This document shows, in pieces, positions 1 through 7,697 of a stretch of DNA of 53,475 nt. Below the pieces are notes generated by a model. That model worked only from the letters and a program-made list of their open reading frames with translations. It did no database searches and was not told where the DNA came from. The stretch is from Candidatus Fimimonas sp. GTDB taxonomy: Bacteria; Bacillota; Clostridia; Christensenellales; CAG-314. A program made the translations under genes and the position numbers. The stretch spans positions 1 through 53,475 of the forward strand of contig JAZRHU010000016.1 in the NCBI GenBank assembly GCA_045644945.1, given 5' to 3'. The number at the start of each line of letters is the position of its first letter. Position 1 is the stretch's first letter.

Positions 1-58
<58 letters not shown>

Positions 59-64
59 AAGGGA

Positions 65-112
65 GTAGACAGAAATGTCTACCATCCAAGTCGAGTAAGC
101 AGAAATGCTTAC
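65..112 (+). other. Two 18-nt GAAA-tetraloop hairpins immediately after the 16S end
   Basis: GTAGACA-GAAA-TGTCTAC (65-82) and GTAAGCA-GAAA-TGCTTAC (95-112). The two differ by compensatory changes (GA/TC versus AG/CT) that preserve pairing. Confidence 0.6.
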
Positions 113-244
113 GGAATTACGAAAAAAGTGGAGTTACCCACTCAAAACAGTAACAAACCCGAAACTGTGCATTTCTTCTTCTGTTCTGTTAAAGCATCAT
201 TAAAAAAAACAACGCCATCACAGGCGACAATATATATTCGGTAG

Positions 245-276
245 ACATCACTAAAAAGTGGTGTTATTTTTTTTGC
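245..276 (+). terminator. Putative intrinsic terminator downstream of the 16S gene
   Basis: Stem ACATCAC/GTGGTGT (one G-U pair), 6-nt loop, followed by TATTTTTTTT. Confidence 0.5.
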
Positions 277-285
277 TTTTTTCTA

Positions 286-318
286 ATCGAAAACCCTACC
301 TGTTTTGACGGTAGGGTT
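286..318 (-). terminator. Intrinsic terminator for the minus-strand gene 337-1050
   Basis: Perfect 9-bp stem AACCCTACC/GGTAGGGTT. A T-run follows on the minus strand (plus-strand CGAAAA). Confidence 0.6.
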
Positions 319-336
319 ATGTATTAATGATGAGCT

Positions 337-1050
337 TTATGAAAAATCAATGCCACAATATTTATTTAGATCAACAATTTCAACTACTTCAAATTTAACA
401 TCCTTTGTAATTACCATAGCTCCGCGGAGAGTTTCAACATCATCGCTATAGCGCATAAACTTTTTAGATATATGCGAGAAATTTAAGTTGTACTCTACTT
501 TAAGGGGACAACGTAGCACTATTATGCAAGGAATTGATATCTTACGCAATTTTTCTTTAATTTCTTGCTGTTCTTGAGGCGAAAAATCTTTGGAGTAGGG
601 GTTATCATAGTATTTGTAAATACTTTCTCCTCCCCAATTTTTTAGAAAAATTTTATCATAGGCGGGGTCATTGTCGAGATCAAGAAAACCATACGAAAAG
701 CAGATTTGGTCATCTGCTTGAGTTGAGTTATCTTGATGAATAAGATCAACAAGTTTGAGTTTGTATTTGTTTAACTCGTTAGGCAAATTACTCACTTTTT
801 TTATTATTAGTTCTTTGCCTCCAAACGAAAGTCCATGATTTTTAATATTTTCGATCTCGAATTTGGTTAAGCGGGTACAATGGTAACCAATTATCGAATA
901 ATTGCTTTCGTAGAGTTTAGAATAAAACAATTCTTCTAGATCTTCTTCATAAGGTCCTGTTCTAAGGTAAAGCAAATCGGGTGGGTATGTATCTTCCACA
1001 TTTGGTAGCCAGTCAGTATTATTTAGGTTAGTTCTCAGTTTATATTTCAT
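337..1050 (-). CDS. Hypothetical protein, 237 aa
   Basis: Long uninterrupted ORF with a terminator behind it. It sits in a visibly AT-rich block. No family recognised by eye. Confidence 0.6.
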   Translation of the reverse strand: MKYKLRTNLNNTDWLPNVEDTYPPDLLYLRTGPYEEDLEELFYSKLYESNYSIIGYHCTRLTKFEIENIKNHGLSFGGKELIIKKVSNLPNELNKYKLKLVDLIHQDNSTQADDQICFSYGFLDLDNDPAYDKIFLKNWGGESIYKYYDNPYSKDFSPQEQQEIKEKLRKISIPCIIVLRCPLKVEYNLNFSHISKKFMRYSDDVETLRGAMVITKDVKFEVVEIVDLNKYCGIDFS

Positions 1051-1115
1051 ATGCTTGTGTTTTAAATATGGATCGTTAAATTTTAATGTATGAGTTAATA
1101 ATTTGTGACAATAGT

Positions 1116-2633
1116 TTAAATAGAATAAAGAGCGGTTTTCAAGGTGTTGATACAGTCCTCGATCAAATAGTGATGATCAATCTTATTCATCTGATTAATT
1201 AGAAAATAAAGTTTTTTGCAGAAATCCGCAGATAAACTCCCAAAATCTCGTTTTATTTTATCTGTCAAATTCCAATAATAATAATCCCAACCAGTATTTT
1301 TGTAAGAATCTAAAACTGTTTCACAAAATTCATCCATTACATTAGGGGAATCAAAGATGTTCAGTGAAATGAAAGAAAAGTGTTCTATTCCCCAAAATGT
1401 TAGGTTATTAATTACTATATTTGGATTGAGAGTATTGTCTACAAAAATACGAATATCTGTAATACTACCATTCTTATTTTTCTTTACAACCTTTCCAGAT
1501 AGAATGTCTTTAGTTTTTTGAATTAATGTTGGTGCATTTTTGCCAACGCTAGCAATATAGTCGATTAATTCGAATTGTTCAAAAGATGATCTGCCGATTC
1601 CGAGTGAGTTTATTGTCATGAAGAAATCTACAATTTCATTGCTACTTATAGTATATTTTTCTGTTTCAAGTTTTGAATAAAATTTCTGTTTTTCTTTTAG
1701 CCAAATGTAGTGCGGATTTTTTACTATTGTAGCCGAACAAGGAAAATTGTTAATTTGCAGTTTTTTATATTTTATAAAGTTATAACTACTTCGTACTACT
1801 GGAGCCCATTTGGAAATGTATTGGAGAGTATTAATAGATTCTTGATAAACATTACAATGCAGTTTGCAGTCATGTGCACCTACTAACGCTGGACAAAAAT
1901 GCAATATGCATTGTTTGCATTTTGCGGATTTCTTAGCGTGTAAAAATTTGTAGTGGGAAGGTTTTATACAATAACTGTGACCTTTATGACAAGTTAGAGT
2001 AATATCAATACTGGATTTTATACTAACATTCTCAGGACGAAGATTGCCATTCTTTTCGTAGTCCCAATACTTTATAAGACAGCTATTGGCTATACTATCT
2101 TCTTGAGGTGTGGTGTAATATTGTGCATAAATATTGGGTTGATCTTCTACAAGTTTCTCTGAGTTGGAGTAAAATGTATCAAGTAACACTCTTATATCGT
2201 GGGGTAGAATTAATTGATCTCGTTCAATATATTTTTTTATGGCACTGAATACTTCATTAATTACTTTGCTCAAAGTAAGCATAAGGTCATAAGAGTGATA
2301 CTCACGATATATTATTTCTCCAAAATTATATTCAAGGTCATTAAGACCATTTTCTCTAACACGTATTAAGTATACACCAGCATTTGAAAGAACAAGGTTT
2401 TTGTAGTTATCTCGCGCAGACTTATTCTTATGCCAGTATGCTCCATCGTATTCAATCGCAAGATGTAAAGAGGGAACATATATATCTAATTCTATGTTGT
2501 CATTTTCTGTGAAGTAGAAAGTTTCACGATTGATCGCATCTGGGAATACTTTTTTTATGTAATAAAAGATTGCTTGTTCAGAAAAAGATGTTGATGCTGA
2601 AGAATACGCTTGTTTAACAGGATGGGTATTCAT
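1116..2633 (-). CDS. Predicted nuclease-fold plus zinc-finger protein, 505 aa
   Basis: The N-terminal ELDIYVPSLHLAIEYDGAYWHKNK...GVYLIRVRE resembles the Vsr/DUF559 restriction-endonuclease-like core. The central Cys/His-rich segment (KYWDYEKNGNLRPENV...LTCHKGHSY) resembles treble-clef zinc-ribbon repeats. The C-terminal half is unknown. Confidence 0.65.
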   Translation of the reverse strand: MNTHPVKQAYSSASTSFSEQAIFYYIKKVFPDAINRETFYFTENDNIELDIYVPSLHLAIEYDGAYWHKNKSARDNYKNLVLSNAGVYLIRVRENGLNDLEYNFGEIIYREYHSYDLMLTLSKVINEVFSAIKKYIERDQLILPHDIRVLLDTFYSNSEKLVEDQPNIYAQYYTTPQEDSIANSCLIKYWDYEKNGNLRPENVSIKSSIDITLTCHKGHSYCIKPSHYKFLHAKKSAKCKQCILHFCPALVGAHDCKLHCNVYQESINTLQYISKWAPVVRSSYNFIKYKKLQINNFPCSATIVKNPHYIWLKEKQKFYSKLETEKYTISSNEIVDFFMTINSLGIGRSSFEQFELIDYIASVGKNAPTLIQKTKDILSGKVVKKNKNGSITDIRIFVDNTLNPNIVINNLTFWGIEHFSFISLNIFDSPNVMDEFCETVLDSYKNTGWDYYYWNLTDKIKRDFGSLSADFCKKLYFLINQMNKIDHHYLIEDCINTLKTALYSI

Positions 2634-2852
2634 AGGTTATCGCTCCTTCTTATAGGATTATAAAAGATAGACCTCATACATCTTATCACAAAATTAAGAC
2701 ATTTTCAATACTAGAATATAAATTGTATTAAATGCAGTCAAAAAATAAGATGCATCCAGCATTTTATATCTATCATTTTGTTTTTCCTATTGCACAAACA
2801 TATTTTCTTTGCTATAATAATTGTAATATCAGTAGTGCAAAGGAGCAAAACT

Positions 2853-3608
2853 ATGCTAAAAAGCATCCTACTCAAGGCTGTGCCTGTTCCCAAAATTCAA
2901 GATTTTGATACATACCTTTTTGTTGGCCCACATCCTGATGACATAGAGGTGGCGTGTGGTGCAACGGTGGCAAAGCTGGTTTCCATGGGCAAAAAGGTCA
3001 CTTTTGTCATTTGCACCGATGGTCGAATTGGTGCTTTGGACGAAAGCTTGACAAGCGAACAAATCGTGGAAATTCGCCGTCAAGAGGCGCTAGCTTCCGC
3101 CAAACTTTTGGGCGTTGATGACGTAAGATTTTTGCCTTTTCACGATGGCGGAAACTACACGGCTGACGACCTTGCCAACGCACTTGTGCCACACATTTTG
3201 GAAATCAAGCCACAAATGGTATTTTGCCCCGACCACACTGTGCCAAGCGAATGCCATCCCGACCACTTGAAGACTGGCCAAGCGGTAACAAAGGCGGTAT
3301 TTTTAGCAAGCTGGCCAAAGTTGACTGCACAACTTGGCTTGCAGGGTAGTGTACCCAACATCAATTTGGCCTACTACTACACCCACAAACCCAACCGCTA
3401 CTTCGGTATCAAAAAGTTCCGCAAAGTGCACCTTGATGCTATTGCCTGCCACAAGTCGCAGTTTGACGAAAACAACCTAAAGGTGTTCAAAACCTACTTT
3501 GGTGTGCGCCAGTTGCGCTTTGGTTTGCGTTGTGGAAAGGGTCGTGCCGATGGTTATCGTGTCCTTTCGCCAACACATCAACATTGCTTCCCCGAGATTG
3601 GCGAGTAA
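2853..3608 (+). CDS. PIG-L/LmbE family deacetylase
   Basis: Motifs FVGPHPDDIEVACGAT and CHPDH. I moved the start to ATG 2853 (AGGAGC about 8 nt upstream) instead of the TTG at 2778 given in the ORF track. Confidence 0.85.
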   Translation: MLKSILLKAVPVPKIQDFDTYLFVGPHPDDIEVACGATVAKLVSMGKKVTFVICTDGRIGALDESLTSEQIVEIRRQEALASAKLLGVDDVRFLPFHDGGNYTADDLANALVPHILEIKPQMVFCPDHTVPSECHPDHLKTGQAVTKAVFLASWPKLTAQLGLQGSVPNINLAYYYTHKPNRYFGIKKFRKVHLDAIACHKSQFDENNLKVFKTYFGVRQLRFGLRCGKGRADGYRVLSPTHQHCFPEIGE

Positions 3609-3786
3609 CAAAAAACCGCGACACGTGGTGTGTTTTTGCACATTTTTGCAAAATATCACGCCAAATATATAGCAAAACAATCTAAAAAAGATGTCCTTTG
3701 TAGGGCGTCTTTTTGTTTGTATTACAACCTACTTGTTGCATCAAAACGTGCCACGATTATAAATACAACAATCTTGTGTTATTCAA

Positions 3787-3815
3787 TAGTCAAACAGGCT
3801 ACATTGTGGTATAAT
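3787..3815 (+). promoter_or_regulatory. Putative extended -10 promoter for mntP
   Basis: TGgTATAAT at 3807-3815 and a weak -35 TAGTCA at 3787-3792 (17-nt spacer). Confidence 0.45.
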
Positions 3816-3870
3816 ATCTCACGTTAGAACAAAGTTCTGTTACTTTTCAACAAACAAATTTGGAGTTACA

Positions 3871-4467
3871 ATGAATTTCGATTTTTTCCTTTCAGCAGCG
3901 TTATTGGGCCTTGGCCTTGCAATGGATGCTTGTGCAGTATCAATGGCAAATGGCCTAAAAGAGCCATGCATGAAAGTTGGTAAAATAACACTAATTGCAT
4001 TTCTTTTTGCACTCTTCCAAGCAGCAATGCCCCTGATTGGTTGGGTTTGCGTGCACACAGTGGTGGAAAAGTTCCAAGCATTTGGCAAAGCAGTGCCATT
4101 TATTGCATTGGGATTGTTGGGCTTTATCGGTGGCAAGATGCTTTACGAAGGTCTCACTCACAAGGACTGCGAAACTCAAGACGAGTGCGGTTGTGCAAAG
4201 CCATTGACATTTGGCGCTTTGATTGTGCAAGCAATTGCAACCAGTATCGATGCACTTTCCGTCGGTTTTACCATTGCCGACTACAACTTTAACGAGGCAC
4301 TTGTTGCTGTGGCAGTGATCGCTGTTGTAACATTTATCGCTTGTTTTGTAGCCGTTTTCCTTGGCAAAAAGTTCGGCACAAAGCTCGGTAACAAAGCGGA
4401 AATTTTGGGCGGATTGATTCTTATCGGCATTGGTATCGAGATTTTTATCAGCGGTGTTTTCTTCTAA
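3871..4467 (+). CDS. mntP: Manganese efflux pump MntP family, 198 aa
   Basis: The N-terminus LLGLGLAMDACAVSMANGL and an internal duplication (SIDALSVGF) in a six-helix membrane protein are typical of MntP/YebN. GGAG RBS. Confidence 0.8.
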   Translation: MNFDFFLSAALLGLGLAMDACAVSMANGLKEPCMKVGKITLIAFLFALFQAAMPLIGWVCVHTVVEKFQAFGKAVPFIALGLLGFIGGKMLYEGLTHKDCETQDECGCAKPLTFGALIVQAIATSIDALSVGFTIADYNFNEALVAVAVIAVVTFIACFVAVFLGKKFGTKLGNKAEILGGLILIGIGIEIFISGVFF

Positions 4468-4669
4468 AAACGCAACACGTGTCCGCGATTTTGAGTAATT
4501 ATGCAATTATTTGCGTTGGTTTTATTACCAAATTCCATTGCAAAATTACTAAACAATTTATTTCGGCATTTTAGTAGCATACAATGTTTGTAAAACACCC
4601 AAAGCCAACGCGCAGTTGTGTCTAAATGTAAATTATTTTAGCATTTGCTTGCATAAACTACACTAACTA

Positions 4670-4698
4670 TTGACAATGTCGCCAAAGTGGTGTAATAT
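4670..4698 (+). promoter_or_regulatory. Sigma-70-type promoter for tRNA-Ser(CGA)
   Basis: TTGACA (4670-4675), 17-nt spacer ending in TG, then TAATAT (4693-4698). The tRNA starts 20 nt downstream. Confidence 0.6.
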
Positions 4699-4718
4699 AT
4701 GCAAGCAAACAAAAACAT

Positions 4719-4810
4719 GGAGAGTTGTCCGAGAGGTCGATGGTGCAGCACTCGAAATGCTGTGTTCTCCTTCAAGAGAACCTAGGGTTCAAATCCCTAA
4801 CTCTCCGCCA
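4719..4810 (+). tRNA. tRNA-Ser (anticodon CGA), class II with long variable arm, CCA encoded
   Basis: Acceptor GGAGAGT/ACTCTCC, anticodon arm CAGCA-CTCGAAA-TGCTG, variable arm GTTCTCCTTCAAGAGAAC, T-arm GGGTTCAAATCCC. Confidence 0.9.
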
Positions 4811-4814
4811 ACAA

Positions 4815-4850
4815 AAAAGGAACTTTTGTCTACCAAAAGTTCCTTTTTTG
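4815..4850 (+). terminator. Intrinsic terminator after tRNA-Ser(CGA)
   Basis: 14-bp stem AAAAGGAACTTTTG/CAAAAGTTCCTTTT followed by a T-run. Confidence 0.8.
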
Positions 4851-4872
4851 TTTATCCATTGCGAAAGCGATG

Positions 4873-4983
4873 GCATATCATCACGCTTTAGCGTGTATAT
4901 CATCGCCGCAGGCGTATATCATCAACCGCAGGTTGTATCGCTTCCGCAATGATGATATACAAAACTGCGTTTTGATGATATAC
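4873..4983. repeat. Array of five copies of a 10-mer (G[T/C]ATATCATC): three direct and two inverted
   Basis: Direct copies at 4873, 4895 and 4914. Inverted copies (GATGATATAC) at 4951 and 4974. Spacing is 19-23 bp. Confidence 0.7.
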
Positions 4984-5127
4984 CACACCAAGTTGCGGAT
5001 GTAAGGAGCAAAGCGACGGAATAGCGAGCTTGCGAGCGCCTATACAAGGCTTACGCCTTGATTTGTTTGCGAAAGTGTGATATAATAAACTCATCGATAA
5101 ATAAGAACGTGACAGAGGGAGAGAACC

Positions 5128-5673
5128 GTGGGATTGTTGAATTGGTTAAAAAACAAGTCTAATAAAGGAAATCTCAATGCAGACTTGCAACAAGCATTGA
5201 GTTTATCAAGAGAAGGAAAGCATATAGAGGCATATCCGATTTTTGAAAGATTATATTATAAGCAACGCAATGCAACCAATAGGTTTAATTTGTTTCAATG
5301 TGCTGTATATTGCGGAAAAACCGAAATTGAAAATAAATTATATGAGGAGTTGAAGTGCTATTCCCCAAATCCGAAAAAAGAGCCGATGGAGTTAAGTGGT
5401 TGCTTTGTTAGATATTCTTATGCCTATATTCTTTGCGATGTGGGTAGAAATCGTGAAGCGATTGAAATAGTTGATTATCTTATTTATGTTATTTCTCATT
5501 ACAAAATCACTGATCCTACGTTTTTGTACATAAGAGGAATTCCCACGGCACAAATGGTTTATGAATTGATCAAAAAAACATTTGACGATGATAAAGTACA
5601 ACTCGAGGAATATAAGATTAAACTTGTATCATTGTTGGATGATGATACAAAAAAATACATTCTTGAAGAATAA
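5128..5673 (+). CDS. Hypothetical protein, 181 aa (GTG start)
   Basis: ORF with a GAGGGAG-like RBS. It ends 6 nt before the radical SAM gene. No family recognised. Confidence 0.55.
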   Translation: MGLLNWLKNKSNKGNLNADLQQALSLSREGKHIEAYPIFERLYYKQRNATNRFNLFQCAVYCGKTEIENKLYEELKCYSPNPKKEPMELSGCFVRYSYAYILCDVGRNREAIEIVDYLIYVISHYKITDPTFLYIRGIPTAQMVYELIKKTFDDDKVQLEEYKIKLVSLLDDDTKKYILEE

Positions 5674-5679
5674 ATATGT

Positions 5680-6543
5680 ATGAGAAAGTTTAAGCAAATT
5701 TATGTAGAAATAACCAACATATGCAATCTGGATTGTTCATTTTGTCCCAAAAACAGTCGCCCCAAAAGGTTTATGACTGTGGAGGAGTTTGATAAAATCA
5801 CAGACGAAATTTCTCCCCTAACAAACACCATTTGTTTGCATCTAATGGGGGAGCCTTTGTTGCACCCAAATATTAGCCAAATATTTGAAATTTGCAATGC
5901 AAAAAATTTGAAAGTGCATCTAACAACAAACGGAACGCTTATCAAACAAAATTTGGACTTGCTAAAATCTGGTTGTGCAAAAAAGATTTCCGTCAGTTTG
6001 CACAGTTTCGAAGCAAACAACAATGCCAATTCCTTGCAAAACTATCTACAAGATACACTTTCTTCTTGCAAGCAAATTGCCGAAAACAGCCCAACCTATA
6101 TCGAGTTTAGATTGTGGAATGAGTCTAGTGACGAAAGTGCTAAAAACTCACTAAACAAAAAGATACTGGAAGTTATCGACAAAACATTTAACACAAATCT
6201 GCTCACGATGGAGTTGCAACGTAACACAAGGATAACGGACAAAATTATTCTAAGCCTTGCCGATGTTTTCGAGTGGCCCATCAACACAGAGCACAAAGCA
6301 AAAAACAGCGTAAAATTCTGCTACGGATTACGTTCGCATTTTGGAATTTTGTGTGATGGAACAGTGGTTGCTTGTTGTTTGGATGGCGAAGGAAAGCTTG
6401 CGCTTGGAAATATATTCGAAGACAGTATATCCAACATCTTGAACTGTACGCGGGCGCAAAACATTTACAAAGGATTCACCGACAGAAACACAACGGAGGA
6501 ATTTTGCAAAACTTGTACTTTTGCAAACAAGTTTGTCCGTTAA
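5680..6543 (+). CDS. Radical SAM protein with a Cys-rich SPASM-like C-terminus, 287 aa
   Basis: CNLDCSFC (CxxxCxxC) at the N-terminus. C-terminal cysteines: CYGLRSHFGILCDGTVVACCLD ... CKTCTF. Confidence 0.85.
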   Translation: MRKFKQIYVEITNICNLDCSFCPKNSRPKRFMTVEEFDKITDEISPLTNTICLHLMGEPLLHPNISQIFEICNAKNLKVHLTTNGTLIKQNLDLLKSGCAKKISVSLHSFEANNNANSLQNYLQDTLSSCKQIAENSPTYIEFRLWNESSDESAKNSLNKKILEVIDKTFNTNLLTMELQRNTRITDKIILSLADVFEWPINTEHKAKNSVKFCYGLRSHFGILCDGTVVACCLDGEGKLALGNIFEDSISNILNCTRAQNIYKGFTDRNTTEEFCKTCTFANKFVR

Positions 6544-6656
6544 ATAGCTATTTTAAAGCATCGGTAGATATTTCCATTGGAAAAAATGTCTCAACTAAAC
6601 CATTGGTAGGTGTACTTTGTGCTAAATAGTGTCTAAAATGTATGCGGAGGTGACCT

Positions 6657-7262
6657 ATGAACCAAGTAAAGATAGGAAAATTTATTGCCGAATGTCGAAA
6701 AAAGGCAAACTTAACACAAGCGCAGTTGGCGGAAAAACTCAACATCACCGACAAAGCAATTTCCAAGTGGGAAAGAGGCATCGCAATGCCTGATGCTTCC
6801 ATCATGCTTGAGCTTTGCGATATCCTTGGTATCAGCGTAAACGAGCTACTAGTTGGCGACAAAATCAGCGCAGAAAACAACACCAAACAAAACGAACAAC
6901 TTTTGCTCAACATGGCTAACGAATTGCAAAGCAAAAACAAAACAATTTGGAGTGCAATGTGGACAATCATGATAGTAAGTATCATTGGATTGATTGGCGG
7001 TTTGGCAGTTGTAGCATTTTTTGTACCAGAGGGTGTATGGCAACTTGTTGCCATCTTGGTTCTTTGCGCGCTCTTCATCATTCCTTGTTTTTACGCACTA
7101 AAACTTGAGGTCAGCGTAGGCGCTTACAAATGCAAAAATTGCGGTCACGAGATTGTTCCCACCTACAAAGAAGCACTCAATGCCATGCACATGGGAACCA
7201 CCCGTTATCTAAAGTGTCCCAAATGCAACAAGCGTACGTGGTGTAAAAAGGTGCTAAAATAG
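6657..7262 (+). CDS. XRE-family helix-turn-helix regulator with transmembrane segments and a C-terminal zinc ribbon
   Basis: IGKFIAECRKKANLTQAQLAEKLNITDKAISKWERG is a classic Cro/C1 HTH. Two hydrophobic helices follow, then CKNCGH...CPKCNK. Confidence 0.85.
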   Translation: MNQVKIGKFIAECRKKANLTQAQLAEKLNITDKAISKWERGIAMPDASIMLELCDILGISVNELLVGDKISAENNTKQNEQLLLNMANELQSKNKTIWSAMWTIMIVSIIGLIGGLAVVAFFVPEGVWQLVAILVLCALFIIPCFYALKLEVSVGAYKCKNCGHEIVPTYKEALNAMHMGTTRYLKCPKCNKRTWCKKVLK

Positions 7263-7470
7263 TAAACTGAATTTTTATCGAGGGGTTTATAAAGTCATAT
7301 TGGAAGACACTCGTGTTCTTTGCAATTGTGGGTGTTGTCGGTGGCTTTTTTACAGGCATTTACTTGTTGGACAGCTATCCAGCTGATATCAAACAGCAAC
7401 TTGTCAAGTGGTGTATTTTGTGTCAGTTATCATTTGACAATTTGCTCAATTTTGATAATATTTTAGCGGT

Positions 7471-7507
7471 AAAAAGCGGTACACATTGCGTGGCCGCTTT
7501 TTTTTTG
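7471..7507 (+). terminator. Putative intrinsic terminator
   Basis: AAAGCGG...CCGCTTT stem followed by TTTTTTTTT. Confidence 0.55.
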
Positions 7508-7697
7508 ATGTTTCAATGAAATCCCAATACCTCTTTTACCAACAAAAGCCTAGCAAACTCTACGGCATTTTACCAACGATAGGACGGTATAGCCAAAAAT
7601 TGCTTTCATTATTTGCATAATTATTGATATTATCTTGATTTATGTGCTGTGTTGTGATATCATAAATGTATTATAAAGTGAAATTTGGAGGCACCAA

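Noticed and set aside
2778-2852. N-terminal 25-aa extension of the PIG-L ORF from TTG 2778.
   Set aside because: ATG 2853 has a good RBS, and the conserved domain begins shortly after it. The extension is a hydrophobic and AT-rich translation of promoter-like DNA.
3609-3640. Recurrent ACACGTG-core motif. CGCGACACGTGGTGTG occurs here. AACACGTGTCCGCG occurs at 4477-4490 and at about 52627-52640. At first it looked like a shared operator box.
   Set aside because: All three copies sit right after stop codons or at transcript ends and are followed by T-runs. They are most simply explained as similar weak intrinsic terminators. A regulator site cannot be excluded without genome-wide motif statistics.
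3680-3870. Looked for a yybP-ykoY (Mn) riboswitch upstream of mntP.
   Set aside because: The 190-nt upstream region shows only a promoter-like TGgTATAAT. I could not find the conserved yybP-ykoY four-way-junction sequences. An Rfam scan would settle it.
4670-4952. Track ORFs 4670-4891 and 4725-4952.
   Set aside because: They read through a canonical tRNA-Ser gene and its terminator. ORFs 22471-22704 and 22475-22684 likewise overlap tRNA-Ser(UGA).
7313-7519. 68-aa GTG-start ORF with one hydrophobic helix, after the XRE gene.
   Set aside because: It could be a real small membrane protein or a gene remnant. I found no convincing RBS or recognisable family, so I did not call it.
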